64,000 bases of DNA from an uncultured virus (IMG/VR IMGVR_UViG_3300014969_000015) (Duplodnaviria; Heunggongvirae; Uroviricota; Caudoviricetes): the IMG/VR virus record IMGVR_UViG_3300014969_000015; one strand, 5' to 3'. Positions 44,837-56,771 of the stretch are shown here, piece after piece. Position numbers and translations under genes: made by a program. The notes under the pieces were generated by a model. That model was not told where the DNA came from. It ran no database searches and was given only the letters and a program-made list of their open reading frames with translations. The first letter of the stretch is position 1. Every line of letters starts with the position of its first letter.

Positions 44837-45046
44837 ATGGCTAGACCCGTCGTGAAGCTCAGCGTTAATCTCCCCCAGGAAGCCGTGGACGTGCTTCGTG
44901 GGCTTGCGACGAAGAGGCATACCACAATGACCGAGGTAATTCGAAAGAGCCTCGGCACGGAAAAATATCTACAGGATGCCGTCGACAAAGGGGGAAAGAT
45001 CTTCATCGAGGACCGCAAGGGCAATCTTCGTCAAATCGTGCTCTAG
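44837..45046 (+). CDS. ribbon-helix-helix (CopG-like) DNA-binding protein
   Basis: VKLSVNLPQEAVDVLRGLATKRHTTMTEVIRKSL. Confidence 0.75.
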   Translation: MARPVVKLSVNLPQEAVDVLRGLATKRHTTMTEVIRKSLGTEKYLQDAVDKGGKIFIEDRKGNLRQIVL

Positions 45047-45410
45047 CGAAAGGAATGAAACATGCGACGCAGGTGCTATATGCGAAAAGACTACATGGCC
45101 TACCTAGGCGAAGAAGACTCTAATTGGGCAGTTTACGACCGTCAAAGCAAGGATCCTGACGAAAGACCCCTGGCTGTATTCGCACGACGGAAGGACGCCG
45201 TCCGCTGGGCTAAGAGCGAGAATCAAGCGTGACTGGCCGTTTAACTCCCACCGCGGGTCCGTACCGCGGCTTGGTCGGCCAACAAGGCGGCATCTGCGCA
45301 AACGGAATGATTATCGTTACGTTTCCACCCGGAACTTGCACAGCTTGGGGTGCCGAAGTTACGCGAGGTGTATTTGATCCGCGCTGGCTCATCCGCGTCG
45401 GGTAGCTGGA

Positions 45411-45692
45411 CTAGTCATCACAAAGTCGGCACTTCGGCTTCCCAAGGACCGCGACGATCTCTCGTGAGAGCTGAGCTTTCGACTTGACAGCTTTGGCCTC
45501 GGACGGAAGAAGAGCGATGTCCGGATGATCTACGCGAAGCCCTGAGATCCGGGCGTCCAAGGCTGGCACATCCACGTCCATCTCGTTGCCCTTAACCCAG
45601 ACAACGCGAAGGCGCATCCCTCTATCTATGCCCAAGTCATCAGAATCTCGCGCAACTACAAAATAGTCTCCGACCCTTACGCGTCTTGGCAT
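45411..45692 (-). CDS. small SH3-like protein with C-terminal shared helical tag (leaderless)
   Basis: VRVGD.FVV...GI.RG....V; KSKAQLSREIVAVLGKPK; TGG-TATCTT-N5-ATG. Confidence 0.6.
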   Translation of the reverse strand: MPRRVRVGDYFVVARDSDDLGIDRGMRLRVVWVKGNEMDVDVPALDARISGLRVDHPDIALLPSEAKAVKSKAQLSREIVAVLGKPKCRLCDD

Positions 45693-48568
45693 GCCTCAAG
45701 ATACCATCCACCACCCGCAGCGCGCCAGATCCGCAAGCGCTTGGTTCTTCAAGGCCTTCCCATACCACATGGTGGGTGCCCAGATACCCGGCTCCTAGCT
45801 GCCACACCCTTGTGAAGGGTAGAGGCAGGGTGAAAATGCACTCACAGCCACTAATCACGGGCTTGCCTTGGGGTCCTGCTCGGCACATAGATCGCAAGGA
45901 GCCTTTGTCCATGAATAAGCCTACGAGCACGCATGCAGCGCTGGCAGCCATGGCGCTGGAAGACGCGAGGAAGACGCGACTTGACGAAGAAGCGTCTGGT
46001 CGCGTGCGCCTCGACGCAATCGAGGCTGTGCGCTCGTGCGGACTTTCGCTCCGAGAGGCAGTGACTGCCATCGACCATGTTTTGCTACACGGTCACCACT
46101 ATCTCCATGACGGTGTGGGACGCTAATGTCGGCACTGAAGTACTCGTATGAAGACCTCGTGGGGTACGCAAGCCTTGCGATCGATGAGCATTTCAAAGAG
46201 CATCCTGGGGAGATCCACAAAGTTATTGGAGAGCTAAGAAAAGCGTTTCCGATGTCTCTTCGAGATGCCCTCGATATCGTCAAAGAAGCGCGCCTCCGTA
46301 GGCTAGCTGACCTTAAAATTCTCATCCGGCGCGGATGAGCTGCCTATCTCTGACTATGCCGTCACTATTCGCGGTCACCGATCTATCAAGGGCGCTGAAT
46401 GATCATCAAAACTGAGACAATTAACGGCAGGCAAATTGAGATCCACGAGCATGCCTCCGGGCATCGACGCTTTTGGGCGAAGGTGGATCAGCAAGAGTTA
46501 CTGAAGGCTGGGAGCCTGCGCGAAAGATTGTTTACAACGGCCGATGCAGCACGGGCTGCTGCCCTCAAAGAGACCGAGATTTCTCAGACAGATGGTCTAC
46601 CCGTACCGGGCGCGCGGGCGCGTGGGCGCGGAGCCCGGCAGCGCACACGCGAGAAGGAACGGGAAAATGCAGGGGGACCTCGTCCCGTACCTGGCTATTC
46701 TAACTTCGGAGGAGGGGGTCCATTCGCTCCCATGGGCACTCCGCCTCGGACACCAAAGTGAGGTTTGCCATGCGTCTCCGACTTTGCGCGCTCCTTCTGA
46801 TCAGCCGTGGCATCACGGCCTGCACCACTGAGAACCTGCCCATCGATTCACCATCCGCGGTCCTCTTGATCTGCGGAGAAGCTCCCCGACCCTCGGCTAC
46901 ACCGTCAATTACGTATTTACTCCAAGACGGGGTGTGGGCCGCCATGATGTCCCAATCAGATCTCGAAGCTCTCATGGTTGATCAAGACCGCCTATCCTCA
47001 TGGGAGCGTTGTGCTACCGAGGCGTTCGTGCTGACCTGCCCACGGAAAAATTGAGGATGCGCGACTGTCCAAAGCAAAAATCCCCCAGCACCCCACAATG
47101 CCACAAGCACCTGGATGAGGTGCTAGCCAGGATTTACACAATCTGGCCCGCCGATCGTGAGGGCGTGTTGGCCACGTCATCCGGCGCCTGGCACCAGGAT
47201 CGTCACTGGCTGGTCCTCGACATCACGGATGGCTTGGACCAAGCGCGTGTCGTCGAAGGACCGGTTTCTCGAGAGACAGCCCTGCAGCGACAGCTAGAGC
47301 TCCGCACAATTTGCAGGGACCTGCCGTGACGCTCGCCGACAAGCGCAAGGTGATCGAGGTGCTGATGTGCACCGGAGATCCCAACAAACTACTGCTGTTC
47401 GAGGTCGCGTCAGCCTTGGGCCGTAGCAGCGCTCCGGGGTATCGCGCCCTCGATGCCGTCCAGTTCGACAGCGACAACTATACCGGGCGCTGTCTCGAGG
47501 CTGCCTACCGTCTGATCGAGTCGTCGCCGACACTGCGGGGGGAATGGTTCGGATCGCAATGAGTGAAACAACGCAGGAAGAAGCACGCTGGGAAACCTGG
47601 GACCGCAACCGACTGCTCAAGCTCGTGGAGAAGCTACCGAGCACAATTCGAATTGGTATCTCACACCATGCCGATAGCATGTGGGCGCGGCGGCGGTCGC
47701 GGCATGCCGCGGCGGTCGGGAGGGCAGCGTGAGCCAACCGCGTGCGGATCTCCGTCATGGGCCGATGGGCTGGATCTTCCCGGGTCCATGGGAAGAGCGC
47801 CAACGGTATGACGACGTCGACTGCGCTCGCGGCATCCGAGCGCGGTGCGGCTGCGGGGAGTGCACCACACACCGCGCTGTCGTAACCCGCAACAAGGCGC
47901 TCACTCGCCTCGGAGCCCGCCGCGAGTCGTTGCAGACACTGCGGCGGGAATGGTTCGCTCGCAAGTCTTACCCCAACAGCTTACATAGGGAAGTTCCATG
48001 ATTGATGACAAAACCACGCTGACACATCAGCGGACCGCTCTCGTCGAGAGCCTCCTGACCCCGCTGTCAGCGCAAGAGCGCATTCGTGTTCAAGGGGAGC
48101 TTTCCCTCATCAATGCCAAGATCAAGGCACAGAACACAACGCTAGCTGCACAGCTCAAAGCCGCCGCCGACCAGCGCAAGGTGTCAGGGCTGCTGGAGGC
48201 TCAAGCTAACGCCGCAAGGGCTCAGGGAAGAACCCCACGGGTCCCTGATCCGTCGACACCAGCGACCGCAACGGACGCTTGGATTGACGCCGTGCTGCTC
48301 CATCACGACATTGACTTCACACGTACGGCTGCCGGCAAGATCTCGCTCAACGTTCAACGTTTCACCGCCCTATAGCGCCGTCCTTGAAATGCTTATTGCA
48401 GGAATCTATGCACAGGCTCGAGGACAGGCGCTGCCAGAGCTGCCGCTGATTCAACCTAAAGCCCAGGCCCCTGAGCCCCGTCGCCCATCCAAGTCCAAGA
48501 ATGCCAAGAAGCGCTGAAGCGGACCTGGACAACGCGGCGACGCCGCGGAGTGTGTCGAGCTGTTCATG

Positions 48569-48865
48569 CTACGCGTATGGTGCGTATAGGCCGAATGCAC
48601 TGACAGCCCTCAACAAGATAGGCATTGGCTCGCGAACAACCGCCACGACGTGACCTCCGCCAGGGCCGAATTGTTTGAGCCCTGCAATGTAAGCGGACTC
48701 CTCATCGGAATGTACGCTCACAACAGCGTCGTTACGGAACACGACCCACTTCCCTTTGTACAGTGGGAGAAGTTGCAAGATCTTGGCGCGGAACCGCGCA
48801 GACTCGTTCTTGACGCGCGCGAGGATCGTGTCTCGATCCGATATCATTGGCCGATCCGAGTCCAT
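48569..48865 (-). CDS. DUF5678-like small protein
   Basis: LLPLYKGKWVVFRNDAVVSVHSDEESAYIAGLKQFG; TGC-TAAGAT-N8-ATG. Confidence 0.6.
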   Translation of the reverse strand: MDSDRPMISDRDTILARVKNESARFRAKILQLLPLYKGKWVVFRNDAVVSVHSDEESAYIAGLKQFGPGGGHVVAVVREPMPILLRAVSAFGLYAPYA

Positions 48866-49867
48866 GACACACAATCTTAGCAGTTCGACAGTTATCGATC
48901 CCCTATGGGGGAGGAATCCAGAACGAATCCTGGCACACGACGTGCGTTGGGTGCAACGCTACTCGGTCTGTTACCCGCAATTGCTGCCAGCGCGCCCGCC
49001 CAGCTTGCAGACGACGCCCCGACAGTAGACGAAAAGGCTCTAAAAACAAATACTCCCATGCTAAGAAGGACTACCAGGAAGCGCGCCGCGCGCGCATGCC
49101 ACGAAGAAGGTCAGCATGCCCCCAAAGAAGAAAGCTCCGCCACGCGCTTTGAAGACGCCTCTGACAACCAACCCCCTCGACATGATCCGACGTATCCTGA
49201 GGTCAACCGGCTTCGAGGAGGAAGAAGCGTACGGGCAGGCGCCCGATGAGGTGCTGTTCATGTCTCGGGAAGAAGCCGAAGACCGTGCGGATCCCGAGAC
49301 GGTCCGCTTTGCGAGAGAGAAGGCCAAGGAACTCGAGAGCGCTGTGCCAGGAGCGCGGGCACGAGTCGAAGTCGTCGATGAGTGGGTCTCGATCAGAGTG
49401 ACGCTGCCCCGGGGGGCGCAACGTAATCCAGAGCCCACTCCTGAGCCCCGCACACGGATCCTAGATCTTCCTCCTCGGCAGCGGCCGAGCCTCCGACCCG
49501 GAGACGAGGTGAAGTACGTCAACTTCACAACCGGCAGATCCTACGAGGGGAAAGCTGTCGTGACCTGGGACCACGGCAAGAGCGTCGAGGCCCTCACGCT
49601 GCCATCCAACGAGAAAATTCTGCTAGAGCGCGCGGCCGACGGATTGCTCCGAAGGTTCACGTAAAACGAGACGGCGCCGCCACGACAATGGGACATGCAA
49701 CGCCGTCGCTCATCGAGCGCGCGGACCCCTCGGCTTCCCTCAGTCGCCAAACGAACCGCCATCTGTTGGACGAGATGCACGACACCAACGAAACTTTTCA
49801 GCTCTTGGCGCCTGGGTACACAGCTACCCGTATCTGGTACGACGCGGGGCGTGAAGCGTTAGCACCA

Positions 49868-49883
49868 GGGTTATTATTTACCC
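49868..49883. promoter_or_regulatory. GGGT(T)-N6-TACCC site upstream of the parB-like gene
   Basis: gggtt-attatt-taccc. Confidence 0.55.
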
Positions 49884-49980
49884 AGGATTTGCCTTCGCGG
49901 ACTTAGCTATTCATCCCGGCCGGCACGCGACGTGCTCCTTAGGAGAATCGTACTGCCAACGACGCCCAGGAGAATCAAAA

Positions 49981-50895
49981 ATGTCCAAGCCCTTCGAACA
50001 TGCCACCCGCGCCGATGCCCAGGGCATCAATCCCCTCTACCTCTGCATCGTCGGGGGGCTCGCGCTCCCCAAGGACGAGAGGGGTCCCCTCGACACCGAA
50101 TGGGACGCGAACAGCCCGTTTCACGCGCACGACCTGCTTCGCCCCCTAGAGGCCCGAGACGTCGACGACGTGTACGAGCAGGGCGTCATCGCGCCCATCG
50201 AGGTCGTTCGGGTCAAGCGCGACGGCCAGGACGTTCCCGTGGTCAACTGGGGGAGAGGCCGCGTCCGGAAGGCGCGGCTCGCAAACATCCGTCGAAAGAA
50301 GGAGGGTTTGCCGCTCATCGAGGTGAAGTTCGTCGTTGTTCGAATCGCGAACAACATCGCCTTGCTCAAGAGAGCCTTTGCCGAGAACCTCCGCCGCAAG
50401 ACCTTCGGTCTGCTCGATCAAATCGAGCTTGCCAAGCAGTTTCTGGCGCATGGCGCCAGCGACGAAGCCGCTGCAAAGGAGATCGGCATCCCCCTCGCCA
50501 AGTTCAAGCAGGTTATGGCATTCGAGGACCACGCCACTCCGACCGTGAAGGAGGCCCTCCGCCAGGATCGCCTGAGCCCCAGCGCAGGATTCGTACTCGC
50601 CGCGATCGAGGACCCCGCCGAGCAGGATCAGCGCTTGGCCGAGCTTTTGAGTGCTCCCAAGCCCACGGTGCGCCGCGCGAGGGAGCTGAGTGGCAAGGCG
50701 GAGGACTCTCCCCCTCGGCGGCCCATGCAGAAGAGGCTTCTGGCACGTGTCGACAAGCAGCCGCGCGGAGACGCGTGGATGCAAGGAGCCAAGGCCGCGC
50801 TCGCCTGGGTCCTGGATGGGACCCTGCACAAGGATCTCGCCAAGCTCCTCGACAGTGCGGAGGAGGAGCCTGCCGCGGGTAAGAAGAAGGCCTAA
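49981..50895 (+). CDS. ParB/Spo0J-like protein
   Basis: QGVIAPIEV...VVNWGRGRVRKA...ENLRRKT...central HTH; RBS aggag. Confidence 0.75.
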   Translation: MSKPFEHATRADAQGINPLYLCIVGGLALPKDERGPLDTEWDANSPFHAHDLLRPLEARDVDDVYEQGVIAPIEVVRVKRDGQDVPVVNWGRGRVRKARLANIRRKKEGLPLIEVKFVVVRIANNIALLKRAFAENLRRKTFGLLDQIELAKQFLAHGASDEAAAKEIGIPLAKFKQVMAFEDHATPTVKEALRQDRLSPSAGFVLAAIEDPAEQDQRLAELLSAPKPTVRRARELSGKAEDSPPRRPMQKRLLARVDKQPRGDAWMQGAKAALAWVLDGTLHKDLAKLLDSAEEEPAAGKKKA

Positions 50896-51131
50896 GTGCA
50901 GGGGCCCGCGCCAGCCCGCGGTCTCCTAGGGCCGCAGTACGCCGAGTGGCCGAAGGGGGTCGCGCACCAGAGGGCCACGCGCCAGAGGGTCACGCACCAG
51001 TCATGACAACCAACACAAACACAAACCACGCCGACATTGCGCCTCCCCCGGGCGCGGAGGCTCGTTGCGAGGAGACATTACTCCTCCCCCGGGCGAGGAG
51101 GCTTGTTGCGAGGAGCGAAAAGGAGCCTTCC

Positions 51132-51614
51132 ATGAAGAAAGCGCGCCTGCGTAAACAGGTGCAAAGCAAGCTCGTGGGCCAAGCGCTCACAGCGCGCGAA
51201 AATGCGGTCCTTTGGCTCGTCATTGAAGGCCTGTCAAACAAGTTGATCGCGGATCGAATGGCGCTCTCTGAGCACACCGTGAAGTTTCATTTGAGAAACG
51301 CCGGGAAGAAAATTGGAACAACCTCACGCACCAAAGCTGCCATCGATTTTGCTTTAGGCCAAGGCCGGACCGCTCTCGCGCGTATCTCGCCAGCCTCTGA
51401 AAAATCAGAGCTTGCTGCGAAACGTGACAAGCTTCTTGAGGACAACTGGATCGGAGGTTTCGCAGTGGCCCTTGCAGAGGTCCTCCGCTATGGAGGAGGA
51501 TACACTTGCGTGTGCCAAGCAGCACGAGCAGCCGGTGTAACCCTCGCGGCTGCACAAGAGGCAGGAGTTCCCGCGCTTCATCTAGAAACGCTCAAGAGCG
51601 CGCTGACCCCGTGA
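51132..51614 (+). CDS. LuxR-type HTH regulator with extra C-terminal domain
   Basis: LTARENAVLWLVIEGLSNKLIADRMALSEHTVKFHLRNAGKKIG; RBS aaggag. Confidence 0.85.
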   Translation: MKKARLRKQVQSKLVGQALTARENAVLWLVIEGLSNKLIADRMALSEHTVKFHLRNAGKKIGTTSRTKAAIDFALGQGRTALARISPASEKSELAAKRDKLLEDNWIGGFAVALAEVLRYGGGYTCVCQAARAAGVTLAAAQEAGVPALHLETLKSALTP

Positions 51615-51805
51615 CCCCGCGCGTAAGAAGGCGGTTGACACTTTTCTGGTGACAGGGCACGAAGATTAAAATGATCCACATCCGCAGCAGAAGTGTGCGC
51701 CGGAACCGGGTTCCCCTCACCCGAGTGCCCGCAGGGCCCCTCTATAACAGGCTCGCGGCCAGATCCGGCGCACCCTTTTGTTGCGGAGAACCTGAGGAAT
51801 CCCTC

Positions 51806-52708
51806 ATGAACCCGCTAGATCCGGAAGGTGCCCCTCGTCCTCTAGATCCGGAGGGCAGCCCTTTAGACGAGAAGTTCGAGCACGGAATCGCAGCCCTTCG
51901 ACACGAGCTCTCGCTCAAGGCCATTACTTGGGCCCGCGCAGATCGCAATTGTGATGACCTAGCCGCGGCGCTGACTCGAGCCGAAGAAGAACCTGCTCAA
52001 AACGCGCTAAAGCGCCTTCAGATCAATTTCCAGCGCGCGTGCCAGCACGTAGAAGTCTGTGAAGAGGCTCTCAAACAGACAGCACGTGAGCTAGAAAGCG
52101 CTTTGGGAAGGCCGGAGGCCGGATCAATGAAAAAGGAATACAGCGGTGATGCCGAGGGCGCAACTGTCAACTTGTGCGCTATCATCGAGCGTTTGCTACA
52201 GCTTCTCGACGAGAAGGACGCGCAAATCGGCGAGCTGCAGGATAAACTCGATGCAACCAAGTCCGAATTGGAACACGCGTCGGGTTGGTCTCAACACACG
52301 GTTTACAAGGATCCGTCCAAGGCTCCTAATCCAGAGTTGCCCGTCCCACGGCTGGAGATCCGCTGGAGCGCGATCAAGAACGGAAGGCACGAGATCGAGG
52401 CGATCTATTCGCTTGTCTACCGCCACCTCCTGGGTCACATCGTGTTCGTACCCTTCGGCAAAACCGGCTCCTCTGGAGCACTCGCCGATCGAGTGCGCGG
52501 GCACGTCATCGAGACACCGTACCGGGACGGTTGTCACTTCGCAAATGAGATGCGACAGCTCAATCTCCGCGGATTTGTCGTCGCTGGCTCCAGTGTCTAC
52601 GAGGCCAAGCTATGCTCGAAATGCGGACGATTCGAAGAGGCGCATCGCGGAAGGCTGTTCGGGGATGCGTGTACTTATCAAGACAGTGTATTGGAGCACG
52701 ACCCGTGA
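51806..52708 (+). CDS. hypothetical coiled-coil protein
   Basis: long ORF; RBS gagga before MNPLDPEG. Confidence 0.55.
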   Translation: MNPLDPEGAPRPLDPEGSPLDEKFEHGIAALRHELSLKAITWARADRNCDDLAAALTRAEEEPAQNALKRLQINFQRACQHVEVCEEALKQTARELESALGRPEAGSMKKEYSGDAEGATVNLCAIIERLLQLLDEKDAQIGELQDKLDATKSELEHASGWSQHTVYKDPSKAPNPELPVPRLEIRWSAIKNGRHEIEAIYSLVYRHLLGHIVFVPFGKTGSSGALADRVRGHVIETPYRDGCHFANEMRQLNLRGFVVAGSSVYEAKLCSKCGRFEEAHRGRLFGDACTYQDSVLEHDP

Positions 52709-54011
52709 ACGATCGACTGACCAAACAGGGGATACGCAATCTCAATCCAGTCGGGCATAATGGTCACAGGAATGCTGGTAAACAGTGCCGGCATCATTTC
52801 GCCATCCGCCTCATTATTGGCACACGCTGGACCATCGAATCGTACGAGGAGCCTGTGTACGGGCGCAAATGTCTGTGGTGCCCAACAATCCGGGAAGAGA
52901 TCTGCTAATTAAAAGGAAGACGTTCACATGGTTAATAACCCGCTAGCCGTGGAAGATCCGCTCATGAACCCTGTCGCACATGAGCTGATGAATAATGGAC
53001 GCTCAGTTAAGGTGGATCTAGGCGCCATCATCAAGGCGTGTGCCTATGTGATTGCGGACCGGGCGTCCTATCACTTTGACGGATCGCCGCCAATGGTCGC
53101 GCTTAGCGCTGACGTGGTGCTTGCCGTCGCGGAGTTTACACAAAAGCTCGTAGAATGGGCTCCCCACGGGACCAAGACAGCAAAATGGCAAGCATTCATC
53201 GCAAAAGGACCCTCCGTAGGAGGAGCCGGGGTCGCGGATGCCGAAGGCAGCACAGTTAACCGCATCCACATATCAGCGGCACGTGCAAGCGTAATCAAGC
53301 GAGAACCTCGCGGCTGCCCTTGTGATGATGGCGACGGTGAAGGCTGTCCAGTGCACGGCATCGGATCGCCAGACAGCTCTCCAAATGTCCTTGCCCCCTC
53401 CAGGATGGCTGAAACGCCGTCCCCCTGGCGGGACTTACCCCCCACGCACGTTGAGGTTAACAGCGGTGGCATCCATTGGTGGATTCAGCTGGCGGGCTGC
53501 GTGCCCTGGCCGGTGGAGTTATTCACGCGCGGTGACAGGATCTTCGAGGCCAAGAGCGGGCTGCCAATCAAGCGCCAGCATCTAGAGGGTGCGCGGTGGG
53601 CGCTGTGTGTGCCTCCGGCAGCCGTTGCCGAAGATCCCATTCACCCCTCGCATCCAGACCTGATATAAAAATCAAGAATCCTATAAGGTACGCAGATGGT
53701 ACGCCCTCTAGATTTGACAGATGCGATGATCGTAGGCTTCTTTGGAGAGCATTGTGAGTGCCGCCCAGTGGACATCGATCGGATCTCGCATTCACACGAC
53801 TGTGACGTACCCCTATGCGAGGAAGCTCGTATAGCCCTTGGAGGCCTACCGATAGGATGTAGCTACCGGGGCACAATAGAAGCCCTTCAACATGCCCAGG
53901 AGGCGCGACAGCGCATCGCAGCGCACCTCAAGAGTGGCGAGGATCTTGAGGCACTCGACGCATCCGGCAGACAGCTGATCTACAACATGCAGCGCTGCCA
54001 GGGGCACTGCT

Positions 54012-54092
54012 GAGCTACTCGCCGTCCAGAGGGTCGGCCCCCACTGCGGCCATCCACCGGAGGACTTCGCCGACGAGGATACTATGGTATAG
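54012..54092 (+). pseudogene. 3' remnant of the XRE-like HTH paralog
   Basis: ELLAVQRVGPHCGHPPEDFADEDTMV*. Confidence 0.6.
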
Positions 54093-54168
54093 TAGGTGAA
54101 GGTAATGAAACTGCTCCAGGCAATTCGTTTCGTAGCTTCATGCAACGAAGATATGCCAGAATCGGCCC

Positions 54169-54834
54169 ATGAGCGACCCGACCAAAATCCGCGGCTTCCG
54201 AAACGTGAGCACGCCCCACCAGGCTGCCTTCATCACAGAGGGGGGCGAGGCCAAGATCAGTCAGATTAGTCCTCGACGCTGGAAAGTCTTACCGCGCGGA
54301 GGCGAAGCCTATGAGGTCAGCGGAAAACAGGAAGCGATCGAGGAAGCTCGCGGCATCGCGACGGGCCTGACGCCTTCGAATCTTCGCGAGCTACAGGAGA
54401 AGCAGCGCAGGCTGCAATCGAGCCTCCTTGCCGAGCCGCCCAAAAAGTCCCATGCGCAGATCAAGCGCGAAGTCGACGAGGTCTTGGCGAGGAAGCCTGG
54501 AAAGGATGCGATGAGGCATGACCAAGACGAACGTAACACTCGAACGCGAGATCGCTCCCATCGGGCGCCCATCGCGATCGTCGTGAGCGCAGGCTCGGCC
54601 GGAGAAGCTTTCATTCAGCACCTCGGCACTCGCGACATCGTCGCGAAACGAGCCCCCGCGACGCATCGATATGCCGGTATTCGCGGTCCCTACGTGCTCT
54701 ACCTGGTGGACGGGACGATGGACCAAGTTCAATCGGCGGCGGAGGCCCTGGGGGACGAATGCCGATTTCGCGCTACACCGACGAGTGATCCGGACGCTCC
54801 GGCTGCCGAGGTTCACTGCGGATTCCTGTGGTAG
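54169..54834 (+). CDS. hypothetical protein with internal shared helical tag (leaderless)
   Basis: PPKKSHAQIKREVDEVLARKPG; TGC-CAGAAT-N6-ATG. Confidence 0.65.
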   Translation: MSDPTKIRGFRNVSTPHQAAFITEGGEAKISQISPRRWKVLPRGGEAYEVSGKQEAIEEARGIATGLTPSNLRELQEKQRRLQSSLLAEPPKKSHAQIKREVDEVLARKPGKDAMRHDQDERNTRTRDRSHRAPIAIVVSAGSAGEAFIQHLGTRDIVAKRAPATHRYAGIRGPYVLYLVDGTMDQVQSAAEALGDECRFRATPTSDPDAPAAEVHCGFLW

Positions 54835-55593
54835 AGCCGAGCACGCGGGGCATGCCATGATTCGCATGCCCGGATCACGGATCGCGCCGAGTATGAACCG
54901 TGCGATTGCGAACCCAGCGACGCTTGTCAAGGGGCATGGCTAGACTTCTCCGCACGTGGGGTCGCCGCAGGTCGGACAGGTCCAAGTGCCCGCAGTCAAG
55001 TTGACTTCACAGCGATTCAACGCGCCGCACTTGTTTGTGCACATGCCGCGGATGGCACATTCGTTAGATTGCACAGGGCAGGCGCAGGAAAGGATTCGTC
55101 TGACCAGCCTGCGGGTCAGATCTCCCGTATGAAGCGGCAAAGCGCCGTCATGAACAAGTCCAAGGGTGTCCCGTTCTGTGAGTGTCGGAACGAATCCAGT
55201 CAAAGTTACCCGCAAGCCCATGAGCTTGAGCAGCGCAGCCCGTTCTGCAGACCGGGTCTGGGCCTCCGGTCCTTCTTTACAGCGCAACGCGTCCTCCTCT
55301 TGCACTTCCAGCTCGTTACACAGTCGGATCAGATGTCCGCGCTCGTCCTCCGTGAGAAACACACCTACGGTTGAGATCGTCTTGTCATTCATGGGAGACC
55401 TTTAAATACGATCCCCTGGGGTTTTTTGGAAGAGCCTCAGTCTACCTGGGTGCTTAGATACCCAGTATACGATTCGCCCTACTGTGAGGCCGGAGCCCCA
55501 GCAGCCACAGGTGCAGCAATACCCGGCCAACGTCCAATTCGATAGTTGGAGAGCTCACGAAGTTGGCCCACAGTAAGCAAGTCCCATAAAATC

Positions 55594-56022
55594 ATGCTGA
55601 GCAACGTCCTCTTCATCCTCCTTGGCGCCGGGCTCGTCTCGGTGGGGTTCCTCGTAGCTGCCTTCGCAGAGCGGATCCGCGGCCCCCGTGAAACAGAGCC
55701 CTACAAGACGCGGCGGGGCCAGCGAACCATCCCGGTCGTGGAGGCCGTTGAGGTGTTCCATCCTACGGCAGCCCCTCCGCCTACGGCAGCCCAAGCCTCA
55801 CGGACCGCCGCAGCCCCCGCCTCGCGATCTGCACGCGCCGAAACGAAAAATGTCACCAGTTCCGAGGGTGGCGAAGATGTGATCAGCGCCCTCGCAGCGG
55901 CAGGCTACAAAAAGGCACTCGCAACAGAGGCTACATGGGCCTGCACAGTGGCAGAGCGCTCGACGATCGAAGGATGGACGGCAGCGGCTCTTCGTCGGTG
56001 TGCGCGAGGAGGGCTAGCGTGA
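55594..56022 (+). CDS. membrane-anchored protein with C-terminal RuvA domain III-like module
   Basis: N-terminal TM helix VLFILLGAGLVSVGFLVAAFA, Pro/Ala linker, EDVISALAAAGYKKALA...TIEGWTAAALRR. Confidence 0.65.
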   Translation: MLSNVLFILLGAGLVSVGFLVAAFAERIRGPRETEPYKTRRGQRTIPVVEAVEVFHPTAAPPPTAAQASRTAAAPASRSARAETKNVTSSEGGEDVISALAAAGYKKALATEATWACTVAERSTIEGWTAAALRRCARGGLA

Positions 56023-56669
56023 GCCCCTCGCACAAGGTAGCGGAAGTTAAACCGCTGGACGTGACTTGGTGGCGCCGTGACAGTAGCGGTGAGTTCTACA
56101 CGCAACAAGATGGAGAGGCGCGACTCGTCAAGCTGCGCAACGGTCGAAAAGTGACCGGCTGGATCTTGTACATCCGCGGTGAATATCGAGGGCAGTGGTC
56201 TACGCTCGCGCAAGCTAAACACCGGGCACTGGAAATATCCAAAGGTCAAGCATCCTTCAACGCTACGCGAGCAACCTTGCGTAATTTCGAGGATGAAGCG
56301 GAACGGCTGCGGGCCACAGATAAAACACAGCTTTCAAAGAGTGCTTTAAAATGACTGCCCTACACTGGTGGTGCGTTGAATGGCATGACCAGCCCAACCG
56401 TGCGATGCGGTCCGACTGGTTCTTGGCAGAGACAGTCGAGACCGCGATCATGGAAGCTGCCAGCGTCCCACGTTATGGATGTGTGGAATTCCGAGCAAGT
56501 GGGCACCCGCCCATTTCAAATGAATCCGAAGCCGGACGAAAATTGTGGGTTCAACGCAACCACGGATCACCGACCAAAGGGACGGACCGCAGTGTCGGCC
56601 AAAGGTAACAGATCATAAGCCCTCGGTGGGACCGACGGTCGAGCCCCCGGCCGCAGCGGCCACAATACT

Positions 56670-56739
56670 GGGTAGTCCTTTACCCGTATTCGCCTAGCAC
56701 CGCACCCGTGCACTCACAGACACGGGTATTTTACTACCC
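56670..56739. promoter_or_regulatory. two GGGTA-N6-TACCC sites upstream of ruvB (56670-56685, 56724-56739)
   Basis: aatact-gggta-gtcctt-taccc-gtatt and gacac-gggta-ttttac-taccc. Confidence 0.7.
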
Positions 56740-56771
56740 CCTGCCCGAAAATCTAATAGTTAGCACCTAAA

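Noticed and set aside
46758..47054. o-spanin/lysis lipoprotein
   Set aside because: The lipobox-like Cys is weak, and no holin, endolysin or i-spanin is nearby
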